Source: Macrostomum lignano
Lineage: Eukaryota
Direction of reading: 5' to 3'
DNA: 64,000 nucleotides
Assembly: GCA_002269645.1 (NCBI GenBank)
Contig: NIVC01003601.1
Location: 24,606 to 88,605, forward strand
Both the position numbers and the translations under genes were made by a program. The notes beneath the pieces are model-generated. The model saw nothing but the letters and a program-made list of their open reading frames with translations, was not told the origin of the DNA and made no database searches. Of the stretch, positions 47,701-59,940 are shown in pieces (within the stretch, counting starts at the first letter, position 1; each line of letters starts with the position of its first letter).

Positions 47701-50143
47701 TCAGGGGAGGGAAGCCAGGGTCAAAGGAGGGAAGCCAGGGTCAGGAGAGGGAAGCCAGGGTCAGGGGAGGGAAGCCAGGGTCAGGGGAGGGAAGCCAGGG
47801 TCAGGGGAGGGAAGCCAGGGTCAGGGGAGGGAAGCCAAGGGTTAGGAGTAAAGCCAAGGATTAGGAAGGAGGGAAGCCAGGGTCAGGGGGAGAGAAGCCA
47901 GGGTCAGGGGAAGGAAGCCAGGGTCAGGGCAGGGAAGCTAGGGTCACGGGAGAGAATTCAAGGGTCAATAAGGAGAAAAGCCAGGCCAGGCAGAGAGAAG
48001 CCAGGGTCAGGGGAAAGAAGCCAGGGTCAGGGGAGGAGAGAAGCCAGGGTCAGGGGAGGAGAGAAGCTAGGATCAGGGAAGGGAAGCCAGGATCAGGGAA
48101 GGGAAGCCAGGGTCAGGCGGAGAGAAGCCAGGGTCAGGGGAGAGAAGCCAGGGTCAGGGGAGGAGAGAAGCCAGGGTCAAGGGAGGGAAGCCAGGGTCAG
48201 GGTAGGGAAGCCAGGGTCAGGACAGGGAAGCCAGGGTCAGGGGGAGAGAAGCCAGGGTCAGGGGAAGGAAGCCAGGGTCAGGGGAGAGATGCCAGGGTCA
48301 GGGGAAGGAAGCCAGGGTCAGGGCAGGGAAGCCAGGGTCAGGGGGAGAGAAGCCAGGGTCAGGGGAAGGAAGCCAGGGTCAGGGGAGAGAAGCCAGAGTC
48401 AGGGGGAGGAAGCCAGGGTCACGGGGAGAGAAGCCAGGGGTCAATAAGGAGAAAAGCCAGGCCAGGCAGAGAGAAGCCAGGGTCAGGGGAGAGAAGCCAT
48501 GGTCAGGGGACAGAAGCCACGATCAGGGGAGGAGAGAAGCCAGGGTCAAGGGAGGGAAGCCAGGGCCAAGTGGAGAGAAGCCAGTATCGGGGGAGAGAAG
48601 CCAGGGTCAGGGGAAGGAAGCCAGGGTCAGGGCAGGGAAGCCAGGGTCAGAGTAGGGAAGCCAGGGTCAGGGCAGGGAAGCCAGGGTCAGGGGGAGAGAA
48701 GCCAGGGTCAGGGGAGGGAAGCCAGGGCCAAGTGGAGAGAAGCCAGTATCGGGGGAGAGAAGCCAGGGTCAGGGGAAGGAAGCCAGGGTCAGGGCAGGGA
48801 AGCCAGGGTCACGGGGAGAGAATTCAAGGGTCAATAAGGAGAAAAGCCAGGCCAGGCAGAGAGAAGCCAGGGTCAGGGGAGAGAAGCCAGGGTCAGGGGG
48901 AGAGAAGCCAGGGTCAAGGGAGGGAAGCCAGGGTCAGGGGAGGGAAGCCAGGGTCAGGGGAGGGAAGCCAGGGTCAAAGGAGGGAAGCCAGGGTCAGGAG
49001 AGGGAAGCCAGGGTCAGGGGAGGGAAGCCAGGGTCAGGGGAGGGAAGCCAGGGTCAGGGGAGGGAAGCCAGGGTCAGGGGAGGGAAGCCAAGGGTTAGGA
49101 GTAAAGCCAAGGATTAGGAAGGAGGGAAGCCAGGGTCAGGGGGAGAGAAGCCAGGGTCAGGGGAAGGAAGCCAGGGTCAGGGGAGGAGAGAAGCCAGGGT
49201 CAGGGGAGGAAAGAAGCCAGGGTCAGGGGAGGAGAGAAGCTAGGATCAGGGAAGGGAAGCCAGGATCAGGGAAGGGAAGCCAGGGTCAGGGGAGGGAAGC
49301 CAAGGGTTAGGAGTAAAGCCAAGGATTAGGAAGGAGGGAAGCCAGGGGTCAGGGGGAGAGAAGCTAGGGTTAGAGGGAGGAAATCCAAGGTTAGGGGAGA
49401 GGGGAATTAAGGAAAGGAAAATAAGTCAAACATCAGGTATTTGATATAAAATATTGTAGGCTTAGTTTTATAGTTTGTTATTTAGTCTAGGCCTATTGGT
49501 ATACATAAAGTAGATAGATAGAAAAAACAAAAATTTTAAGGCTCTTATCTAGTAAGTTAGCTAAATCTATTCATTAAGACCAAGTCAATAAGCTAGGCCT
49601 AGGCTTAGTGCTCAATAGGCTTTCCTACATACATAACATAGGGCTATAGCTAAATAATTAAATTTAATTGAATTGAAGCCTTTTTATTATTGAATAAAAG
49701 CAGCTTATAAGTTACTTCTCATAATATTAGACCTACATTTATATTTCAAATGCCTGTATTATTAATTAACTGACACGTGACAGGCTTTAAACTATAGAAC
49801 AAAATTACTTAAGCAATCACATAATAATGCACAAGAAATTTAAGAAAAGCTCCTTTCATTTATCTTGTACACGAAGCCTTCACTTGTTTAGTCTAGTGCA
49901 TAGGCCAGCACAGCAATGCACAGTAGCACCAACAAATATGCCTTAAAAGCTTTTGTTGAACGTTGAACACAGGAACCCTCATTCCTGTAAATTTTGTTTT
50001 CAAATTACATGCAAGCGAATTAATATTAACAAACGTCGATTTTTCTACTGCAAATTGTTATTAAACACCCGTGAAAGCTTTCAATTGATACACTCCCATT
50101 TGATTGTATGGGAGCGCGCTTTGGGCCCGTCTAGCCGAGAGAA
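44790..50143 (+). repeat. Right inverted arm (inner unique block, ~20-bp GAAGCCAGGGTCAGGGGAG array at 45480-49370, unique outer ~790 bp)
   Basis: Direct reverse-complement match to 35378-39640; contains a ~2.1-kb internal duplication (45841 vs 47931, 46021 vs 48111). Confidence 0.9.
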
Positions 50144-51594
50144 GCGAGAGCTCGAGAGCGCGCTTTCCTGCCGGTTAGCCCGATGATTTTGTAAGCTTTT
50201 GGCTCGGCTAGCCGGTTGTCGTCGGGTGCTCTCTCTCATGTGTGTGACCGAGACCTTTTTCATGCTCATGTTAATAAATTATAATGCGGCTACGCATGGA
50301 ATCAAGCTATAGGGACTACTCTCTATCCCCACTGGTTAATAAAACTCACTGATGATGATTGGCATTGTTGAATGAAACATATACGTAATAACCCTGCAGC
50401 GTGAACAATGTTCCTTAATTTATCATCTTTCCTAACGTACGTACAGTATCAATCATATTTTTGCCGTTACCAGAAAACTGCGGATCGCACAGCGCAGATG
50501 AGAATTATGAGATGGCCAAGGTGACAGACACAAAAGACTGGAATTCAAGAGTTCGTTCGATCAATTAATTTTTCTTAATAACTTAATTCTTAATTCTTAA
50601 TTCTTAAAGCTATTCTTAATAACTTGATTGAATTCAACTAGTTTATTAAGTAAATTTGCGCTGATCTGTGCATGTAGACACGCAACTACACATTAACTTT
50701 CTGCTTGAGCTATCAGTCCACATGTACATTTAGGTCTTTATTCCTAAATCATATGTTTAGCTATATAGTATTCATCAAATACTGTACGAGTATATTCATG
50801 AAGACCGGCCATGCAGACGGGCATGCAGACTTTATAACCAAAGTTAACTATTTTCTCGAGGTTCAACTCAGTTCATTTAAAAGGAATAAATACTTTTTAG
50901 ATTCTAAAATCAGTTAAAAGTTCGCAGCCTAAGTAGCTGTGCGCCTAAATCTTCGGGCTTCAATCTACATGTAGATATAAAGCAAATAATCTGCTTTTAA
51001 TATTTCAGCCCTGGCGTATCGTTGTAAGCGCGACAGATGTAAACGAGAGTAAATACCAGCGCATTGCTTTTTATCTCTAGTCTCAGTCAGTGATTGCATG
51101 GCATTCGGCACGTTTTACCGTGCATCTCTTTAACGGATCAACTGTTTTAAAAACACTGCGCTACCATATATATATATAGCTTATATTGTTTATATACATC
51201 TTTTACCGTCTATATATCGGGGTTGTCAAATTGTTTACCGCGAATTCGCAACCAATTTGAATTCAGAGTGTCGTGAAAATTTCTAACGAAAATCGCTGTT
51301 GCTGCACGAGGTAACTATAAACATGGGTAAGTCAGCTATGAGAGCTTTAAAATGAATATAAATAAATAATTTTAATACAAATATTTTTTTGTTTGAGACT
51401 AAACATAGTATGCGCGTAATATCCCATCTGAAGCCTAGCTTTCGACTTCTTTCTCCCAAGCGCCCTGGGTGTCTCTCTCCCTAGCGCTTTGAAGGTTCGT
51501 CGCCTTCTAGCTTTATTTTCTTAGTTTCTAGAGTCTCTTATTTTCTTTAAGTGCCAGTCTTCTGTATACTGTAGCTATCCAAAATCCACCGCCT

Positions 51595-51950
51595 TCTAGA
51601 TTTCTAAGATTCTTTGTCTTTTTGATGTACAAGGTCCTCTTCTGTCTTCTAGATTTACAAGGTCCTCTTTCTTCTAGATTTACAAGGTCCTCGATCTGTC
51701 TTCTAGATTTACAAGGTCCTCTTTCTTCTAGATTTACAAGGTCCTCTTTCTTCTAGATTTACAAGGTCCTCGATCTGTCTTCTAGATTTACAAGGTCCTC
51801 TTTTTTACTCTAGATTTACAAGGTCCTCTGACTTCTAGATCTACTAGGTCCTCTGTCCTCTAGATATACAAGAACCTCTGTCTTTTAAATGTATGAGGTC
51901 CTCTGTCTTTTAAATGTACAAAATCATCTGTATTTTAGATGTAAAAGGTC
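51595..51950. repeat. 25-29-bp minisatellite TCTAGATTTACAAGGTCCTCTTTCT upstream of the M13 peptidase
   Basis: ~12 degenerate copies. Confidence 0.88.
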
Positions 51951-52129
51951 CTCTGTCTTCTGGCTATCAGTTTTCCAGCATCCACTGCTTTTTGGGGGAA
52001 AGCAGTTCCAGGGCTCCTTAAACATCCTCCATTTTTTTCTGGCTCCTGGTCTTTGGCACTTTCATACTGGATTATTTTCCATACTTCTGCTTCCCTTAAA
52101 AATCAAACGTTGCAGTACATCTCTTTGAA

Positions 52130-54508
52130 ATGGCGTCAAGACGAATATATATAACAAAAAATGATTATTTTATCTTTATCACAGCAGGCAGTCCCGCAGT
52201 TATTATTGCACTGGCCCTGCTGTTGCTCCTTAAGCCGGAGTCAATCGCCTCGGCAGCTGCGTCTAGCTCTCAAAAATCTTCGCCTCTCGACACAAAATGT
52301 CGCAGTCTAGAGTGCCTGAACCTGGCCGCCGAGATTGTCGGCATGATGAACCAGACGGCCGATCCGTGCACTAATTTTTACAACTACGCTTGCGGCAATT
52401 TCCCCCAGCTGGTTCGATACAACCATGCTAAAGCGCACGTGGGCGATTCGTTCGCCACGACACTATTTGAAGATTCTCTGAGCGTCATGGGCGAACAACT
52501 AGAGCGGAACATGTTCGAGATGTTAATCATTGACCGTGAGATCAGCGAACCCGACTCCGACATCAACCAGTTGTACAATTTCACCCGGCTACTATATCGC
52601 AGCTGCGGCGAATTTATGCAACAAAGTCGAGTTGGCGACGACGACAGGAATCGCGACATATCGGTCGAGTTCTTCCGTGATGTCTACCAGCACTTGATGC
52701 TGTCTATTGATCCCATCCTGCGTCCAGCTGGAAGCTTCGAGTCTGTTCTGGCAGCCCTGACAAAAGCTGGCGGCAGCGGCGTCCTAAATGTGAAGTTAAC
52801 CTCCTCGATAGCATTGCAGCTGTTGACCGCGGACGACCAAAGCGCCGAAAATCTAACTAGAGCGTCGATTGAAACGAACGATAGGTACTACAGCTGTCGG
52901 CCAGTATATGCTCCGTTTATTGATTTCTTCTTAGAAAATCAGATTCCACAATCCCTAAGTTTGGCTAATCAGTCAGATCAATTTGGAGATTTGGAGAACA
53001 TGCTCACCTGCTCCTCGGTTGATAGCGATGGTCGCTCCGTTGTTGAAGTGAAGTTCGATAATTGTAACTGTACCGTATTGAAAGGCCAGACGGAGTTCAC
53101 CATTGCCGAGTTGGACGCTTTGAGTCGCTGCGTTCAGCCTGAGAACCCTTTCTTATGGAGCCGCTTTTTTAAAAGCTTACTTCACGCGGATATAAGCAAC
53201 AATACTTTGCTGCAGGTTCGCTCAATCAAGGCAGTAACAGTCATTGTCAACTACTTCAAAGAGTTGCCGCTTTACACAACCATCGGAGAAAAATTCAACG
53301 AACGCGTTTCATTCCTTGTGTTCGACTGGATGATGAATTTTGCCGACTTCCTGCCTAGAAAGCTGCGAAAATCCTGGCAGTCGATTGGCAAAACGATGAA
53401 CAGTTTCAGGCGCTTAACTGACGACGTCGTTGGTGGTTGTTTGCTTCTAGTCAAACAGCAGATGCAGCCCATTGTGGAGCGAATGTACGAGAAAATCTAT
53501 CACCCAGCTGGCTCCTTTGAAGACGTGAAGAATCTGCTGCACCTACTGAAGACAGCTTCCATAGACAGCGTCAAACGCCAGGACTGGATCACTCGGTCTG
53601 CTAAAGAGGCCATTGCCGGCAAGATTCGGCACATGCAGCACAGCATCGGAACCCGGCAAGTCACTGCAGGCAAATTGAAATTGTTCTACAACTCGACTCT
53701 GCGAGCGTTCAACTCTACCGACCTGTCCGATGGCCTGCGCGACAGTTTTGGCAGCCTCTTCACCTTAGCTTTATGCGCCGAGGCTCGCAAAAACTTTGAT
53801 TTGATCGCCAGTAAATCACCGATAAGCATATTTATGGCGATCAATCCGCTAGAGGTGAATGCGTTCAACTTTCAGCAGAAGAATCGCATCATCTTCCCTA
53901 TGGCTATCCTTGCACCGAGGGTGTATCACAAGAGCTACCCGGTTTACTTGAAGCTTGGCAGCCTCGGTTATATCATTGGACACGAAATTGGTCACGGTTT
54001 CGACGACGAAGGTCACGAGATCAATCGACGCGGCGCCTCTGGCCACTTCTGGGACCGCCAGACGGAGGAGGCCTTCCTAAGTAGGATGGATTGTGTGAGG
54101 CGAGAATTTTCCAACTATACTCTGTACCCGGGCGGACCGTATCTTGACGCCGATTCCAGCCTAGGCAACAACATCGCCGATCTGATTGGCATTCGAGCAG
54201 CCTACTTTGCTATGCAACTGACCAAGCCTAAGTCGCCGCCACTTGGTGATGGAGGACGTTGGACCGGAAACTGGAAGCAATTACCAGGCCTGAATGTCGA
54301 CTTTAGCGAGGAGCAGTTATTTTTTATCCAGGCCGCTCAGTCCTGGTGCTTCAAAGCCGAGCCGGAGAGCATGGCGGAAAAATTCGGCGGCGCTACAACT
54401 CACGCGCCGCACGCTGTTCGAGTTGACGGCATAGCGCGTCATACGCCGGAATTTGCTGAAGCGTTTCAGTGTCCAGCGTCTGACAGGAAAAAGTGCACCT
54501 TCTGGTGA
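52130..54508 (+). CDS. Neprilysin/endothelin-converting-enzyme-like M13 metallopeptidase, single coding exon, 792 aa, type II membrane protein
   Basis: N-terminal hydrophobic anchor (FIFITAGSPAVIIALALLLLL), CLNLAA..M..TADPCTNFYNYACG, VNAF, HEIGHGFD (53981-53995), GNNIAD, EQLFFI..AQSWC, HAP..VRV, AEAFQC. Confidence 0.95.
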   Translation: MASRRIYITKNDYFIFITAGSPAVIIALALLLLLKPESIASAAASSSQKSSPLDTKCRSLECLNLAAEIVGMMNQTADPCTNFYNYACGNFPQLVRYNHAKAHVGDSFATTLFEDSLSVMGEQLERNMFEMLIIDREISEPDSDINQLYNFTRLLYRSCGEFMQQSRVGDDDRNRDISVEFFRDVYQHLMLSIDPILRPAGSFESVLAALTKAGGSGVLNVKLTSSIALQLLTADDQSAENLTRASIETNDRYYSCRPVYAPFIDFFLENQIPQSLSLANQSDQFGDLENMLTCSSVDSDGRSVVEVKFDNCNCTVLKGQTEFTIAELDALSRCVQPENPFLWSRFFKSLLHADISNNTLLQVRSIKAVTVIVNYFKELPLYTTIGEKFNERVSFLVFDWMMNFADFLPRKLRKSWQSIGKTMNSFRRLTDDVVGGCLLLVKQQMQPIVERMYEKIYHPAGSFEDVKNLLHLLKTASIDSVKRQDWITRSAKEAIAGKIRHMQHSIGTRQVTAGKLKLFYNSTLRAFNSTDLSDGLRDSFGSLFTLALCAEARKNFDLIASKSPISIFMAINPLEVNAFNFQQKNRIIFPMAILAPRVYHKSYPVYLKLGSLGYIIGHEIGHGFDDEGHEINRRGASGHFWDRQTEEAFLSRMDCVRREFSNYTLYPGGPYLDADSSLGNNIADLIGIRAAYFAMQLTKPKSPPLGDGGRWTGNWKQLPGLNVDFSEEQLFFIQAAQSWCFKAEPESMAEKFGGATTHAPHAVRVDGIARHTPEFAEAFQCPASDRKKCTFW

Positions 54509-57500
54509 TTTTTAAATAACAGCTAGTGAACCAGTTAACCTATGGAAGTTTGAGATTGACAAATCACACTTTGATTGTCAATGCAGTGTACCTGTTCTAA
54601 CAATAATCTATGAATTTCATAATGAAATTGAAATTGTTGCTCACAGATAGTCTAAAAACTCCTGCACGTTCTATATTTGCTCATAACTGATAGAGTTTTA
54701 CCTAGTCAATATTTACGTTCGTATCTGATATTTTTATTGATTATTTGACTTTTCACTTGCAAATAATTGCATCTGTGTGATTCAGTAAAAAGATAACTAG
54801 TTATTTAAAATCATGTGTTTTGATTTAGAGCTACTACTAATTTGCTACACCTTTCTTTGAAATATTAGAAAAAATTATAATTAATTATAACAAAACATTT
54901 TAACCGAAATAAAATGAGTAGTATAAGTTGAAAATTATCCACCATTTGCTATAGGATTTTTGATTCGCGTATTAAAAAATTACAGCTTTTTTTAAATCGG
55001 TTTTTATAATATTCCTCGGACAGAATCCATTTGGCCGTATAGTGATTTCGCGTAGAATCGTCAGATAATCTTTTCTCTTGATAAAATCTTTTAGGCCCAG
55101 CGCATATTTTTACGTGTATATACCGCGCGGAGGGGATTTATGGGGTAGAAAATTAATTACTCTTAAGTGCTGGACATAAATCGCAATAGAACCTGCACTT
55201 CTGATTCGGTACCTCTTTCGGCAATTGCATTTCTATCGTTTTTACCACTCTCAGGCTCCTATATGTCAGCCGACAGTACTCGTATAAGCACAATCCAATC
55301 AATCACGATTTTATAGCAGGTGCTGATGATTTTTTTGACAGCCGGCGGCCTTGCGTGCTGGGCCTCTTGGTTGAAACGGTGCATATGGGCCTAATTCTAC
55401 AGGAGCTATTATAGGCCCGAATTTTTAACATTACCAAGGCTGACTACTTGCAATTGAAGTCGATGGGTCAAGCAATCTACACTATGTTAACTGTAAACGT
55501 TTTTGATAATATTGTTGAGTGGGTTCAGCATATCGATTTTCTACCCACAGCCCAGTCGAATTAAATCAGCTTTTTCTATCGACAGAAATAATAGCGCCAC
55601 CTATCACAGTTGGGCTTGAGTTTTTAGAACAGCGGGTTATCGATTATCCATCACCAACTCACTCCCCAGCTCCTGCGCTGACTTGTGCGCTCTTATTGAC
55701 GCCCTGTGCGCGTGTGTTGGGTTACAGGGGCTAGAATTGATCGATTTTCTGGCCGGGGCTCTTCAACCCATTCCACATGTGCTTGGTTTAGAAAATTATC
55801 GATACTAGTATTTAATTGACGGTGCCTTAATTAACCCTCAAAAGTGTTCCTTTCCATCCCGTTAATGCACATCTTATCATATTAAAAGCTATTGGCATTG
55901 AATAAATAACCATACTAGCGTAGCCTACCTTCATCCACACTATACCAAACTCACTATACTTAACTTTAACACCGGGCCACCTTATAATTATAAATGCATT
56001 AAATATATAGTTACAGGTATGGGTGTTCGGGAGGGTGGAGCAACCGAGAAATAAACGAGGACTATAATTTATAATTATAAATCCTGGGATCCGAAAATCC
56101 CGGGATTGACCATTATGATCCCGATCCCGCTTTCAATAATTTAATAATTCATTTTCGAATAGTAGTATCTGGAGCTGAGATGCTTGTCAGGTGAAAATCA
56201 TAACCCAGTTGTCCTGCTTCGATTTAGTAATCTTTGAAGCAAGCAGGGGCTAGTGAGTAGAAGGCTATGGGGCTGCGGGGATGCAAAACTGTATCCCTGC
56301 TGTAAGCTGTTAGCAGGTCATAAGAGTATTTAAGGTATAATAATGTTGAACAACTTCAAGCAGTCCCTACCTTCAAAACTACTTGGCCGTTTCGTTGGGA
56401 TTAGAACAGTTGGGATCTTGCTATCCGACCACAACCAAAGCTACCAAATTTCCATCTAGGATGGGTGCCCCTGGGAGGGTGCAATGTCTGATCCCCTTCT
56501 ACCCTGGCATCAGTACCTCGAGCCATAGCTCTGTAAGCTATCATTCCCCAGATTACATGACAATCAAGAGTGATTTTCCTGAGCTGATTGTGGCATTACG
56601 CCAGCCCAAATCACCTTTAAAATCAGGTTAGATGGCTTCGTAGACCAAAATTGCACTCCCTCGTAGTTGTAGACAAGAATTCCAGAAAGTGCTTGAAAAT
56701 TTTTGCGGCAGTGTTTTACTGGTTAGAGCTTTAAAACAGATCGAATAATTTCATCATAGTGTGACTTTAACAACGGAAGTTCCTCCCCACTGACTGAAAA
56801 GTGCGTCAAACAGCTGTCAACGGTTTCAATTGCGATAACCTGAAAAACATTAGCTGGTTTTTGGACTAAAAGTTGCCAGAAATGATTGATGGATTCTTTC
56901 CGGGATGCTAATCTTTTTGGTGCTAAAAGCTTTTTTACTGGCGAATATCACAGGAGGGGCTGGCCAAACTGAACTTCGGTCACAATTCAGTTCATTAAGG
57001 CTCCAGAGAGAGATTTTATTTGAGAGAAATGACACCAAAGTGTGAGAAATTTTGAAGATTCAGAAGAAGCAGCGTTTCACAAGCTCATAATTTCTTTATG
57101 TCGAAGTCGTGAAGTTTCGAGCAAGCGAACATGACTATATCAAGTCTTTTGATGATGAGAAGGTTCGAACACGTGAAATTTTCGAGTCTAAAGCTGAGTG
57201 TGTGGAATGTCGAGCTTGTGCAAATGACGCATCGAATGACCCAGACAGATTGAAAAAGACGGAGTGTGTTGGTAAACAATCTTCTGAACTTTCACACTCT
57301 TTCTCTTGAAGTCCTGAAATCTATTTTTTTAAACAGAGTCGTATTTCCAGACTCTGTCCAAATAGTTTTACAAAATTAGAATTAGAATTTTGTATTTGCG
57401 CTTGAATTAAATCGATTCGCATACCACACTTGGTGTGCCTGTTTGTTCAAGAACTCATATTCTATTCTAGATCAACACTCTCTGTGTCCTCTATTTGTCC

Positions 57501-58040
57501 AACCAATCCAAGCACCAACTATAGCTGTCTCTCTACTCTCACCGTTATACGCTTACAGTTCCTCTTGACAACGGTTGCTAGCGACTCAACTCTGAAATCT
57601 ATTTGTCAAAGTAATTGGTACTTGACGCATCTCGACTCGCTAGTGTGCTGTAGAGACTTCTCTCTGTCCTGTATAGTTTTAGCACACGAATTTGTCTGAC
57701 TCCGGCTATACTTCCGCTCTCTGTTATCATCTGAGTCAACAATTAGCGGGATTAGTTGGAGGAGGTGATTAATGTCCACTGCGGGGCGAGAGCTTCCCGT
57801 ATACAACCCACTTCTAACTGTCACTCATTTGCATAGTCACGTTGGTAAGCCGTTCTGTTCACTATTAATTCCTAGCTAAAACTGTAATGCATGCAGATAA
57901 TGTGCTATACAACACGGTGCAATATTGACATCTGTCCAGCATCCTTTGTTGTCATTGATTAGTCGAAAAGCTAAAGGATCACCCTTAATACCTGCTCATT
58001 ATAGGAGTCGCATTGAGAACATAACAAGACAAAAAACCCA

Positions 58041-59082
<1,042 letters not shown>

Positions 59083-59489
59083 CTTTCTTGCTCTGTTGTC
59101 TGGCACGGCTGTCTAAAATTTCAATCAATTTCAAATGAGTTCGAGATTTTCTAAAACTCCAATTGGAATTCTACAGGAATCTGCGCAACCCACCAAAACA
59201 GGGACTGGATATTGATTAATGCAACCGCATGCGCTGAAATGCAAAAGACGCTTGAAATTTCGAATAGCAAAATGCTACAAATCAGGTGGAGAAAAATTAT
59301 GCAACTTTTTTCTTCAAGTAGGAGAATTCAGGTCCAATAAATTGGTAGGATGATACGAGCTACAGCCAAGCTGCTGCACCATGCCATTTTTCGAAGGATT
59401 GGATACTTCTGGGACTAATTGGTATGTAGAATTATACAGAATAGAAAAATGCTACAACTTTATCTTTTCGTTTTACTAGAAGGTCTTGC

Positions 59490-59940
59490 CGCTTCTCCAT
59501 CCACGTCCTCCTCCTCATCCTCATCCACTCCGACACCTTCTCCGCCTCCATCTCCACCTCCCTCTCCGTCTCCCTCTCCGTCTCCCTCTCCGTCTCCCTC
59601 TCCGTCTCCATCTTCGAATACATCTCCGCCTCCATCTCCACCTCCCTCTCCGTCTCCCTCTCCGTCTCCATCTTCGAATACATCTCCACCTCCCTCTCCG
59701 TCTCCCTCTCCGTCTCCCTCTCCGTCTCCCTCTCCGTCTCCCTCTCCCTCTCCCTCTCCCTCTCCGTCACCCCTCTCCGTCTCCCTCTCCGTCTCCCTCT
59801 CCCTCTCCGTCTCCCTCTCCCTCTCCCTCTCCTTCTCCTTCTCCCTTTCCGTCTCCCTCTCCGCCCCCTTCCGTCTCCAACTCCGTCTCCGTCTTCATCT
59901 CCGTCTCCATCTTCACCTTCTCTCCTTCCCCTCTCTCTCC
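59490..59940. repeat. (TCTCCC/TCTCCG)n pyrimidine hexamer repeat
   Basis: Direct; source of the PSPSPS ORF. Confidence 0.93.

Larger units (their letters stand above)
35378..50143. mobile_element. ~14.8-kb foldback-like composite: long inverted arms (35378-~39640 and ~44790-50143) around a ~5.1-kb spacer
   Basis: 35378 TTCTCTCGGCTAGACGGGCCC... is the exact reverse complement of ...GGGCCCGTCTAGCCGAGAGAA 50143. Complementarity continues ~1.1 kb near-perfectly and then through shared repeat families and an inner unique block. No TSD was found, so the mobile-element status is inferred. Confidence 0.6.

Noticed and set aside
36659-49310. Gly/Arg/Ser/Gln-rich ORFs (GSGEGSQGQGREARVRG) resembling collagen or silk-like proteins
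   Set aside because: Products of the ~20-bp arm repeat. Frames shift constantly with unit length and appear mirror-wise on both strands.
35378-50143. Inverted repeat as a fold-back sequencing artefact or a Helitron 3' end (hairpin + CTAG)
   Set aside because: A 5-kb unique spacer, unequal repeat domains and graded divergence argue against a read fold-back. Arm identity extends 9 bp past CTAG, which does not fit a Helitron terminus.
52384-54046. Antisense ORFs within the peptidase and ARID3 exons
   Set aside because: Shadow frames of real coding sequence; no independent signals.
56140-57310. Possible degraded LINE or hAT coding remnants and short ORFs 56383, 57109
   Set aside because: No motif could be recognised with confidence by eye; needs a TBLASTX/RepeatMasker search.
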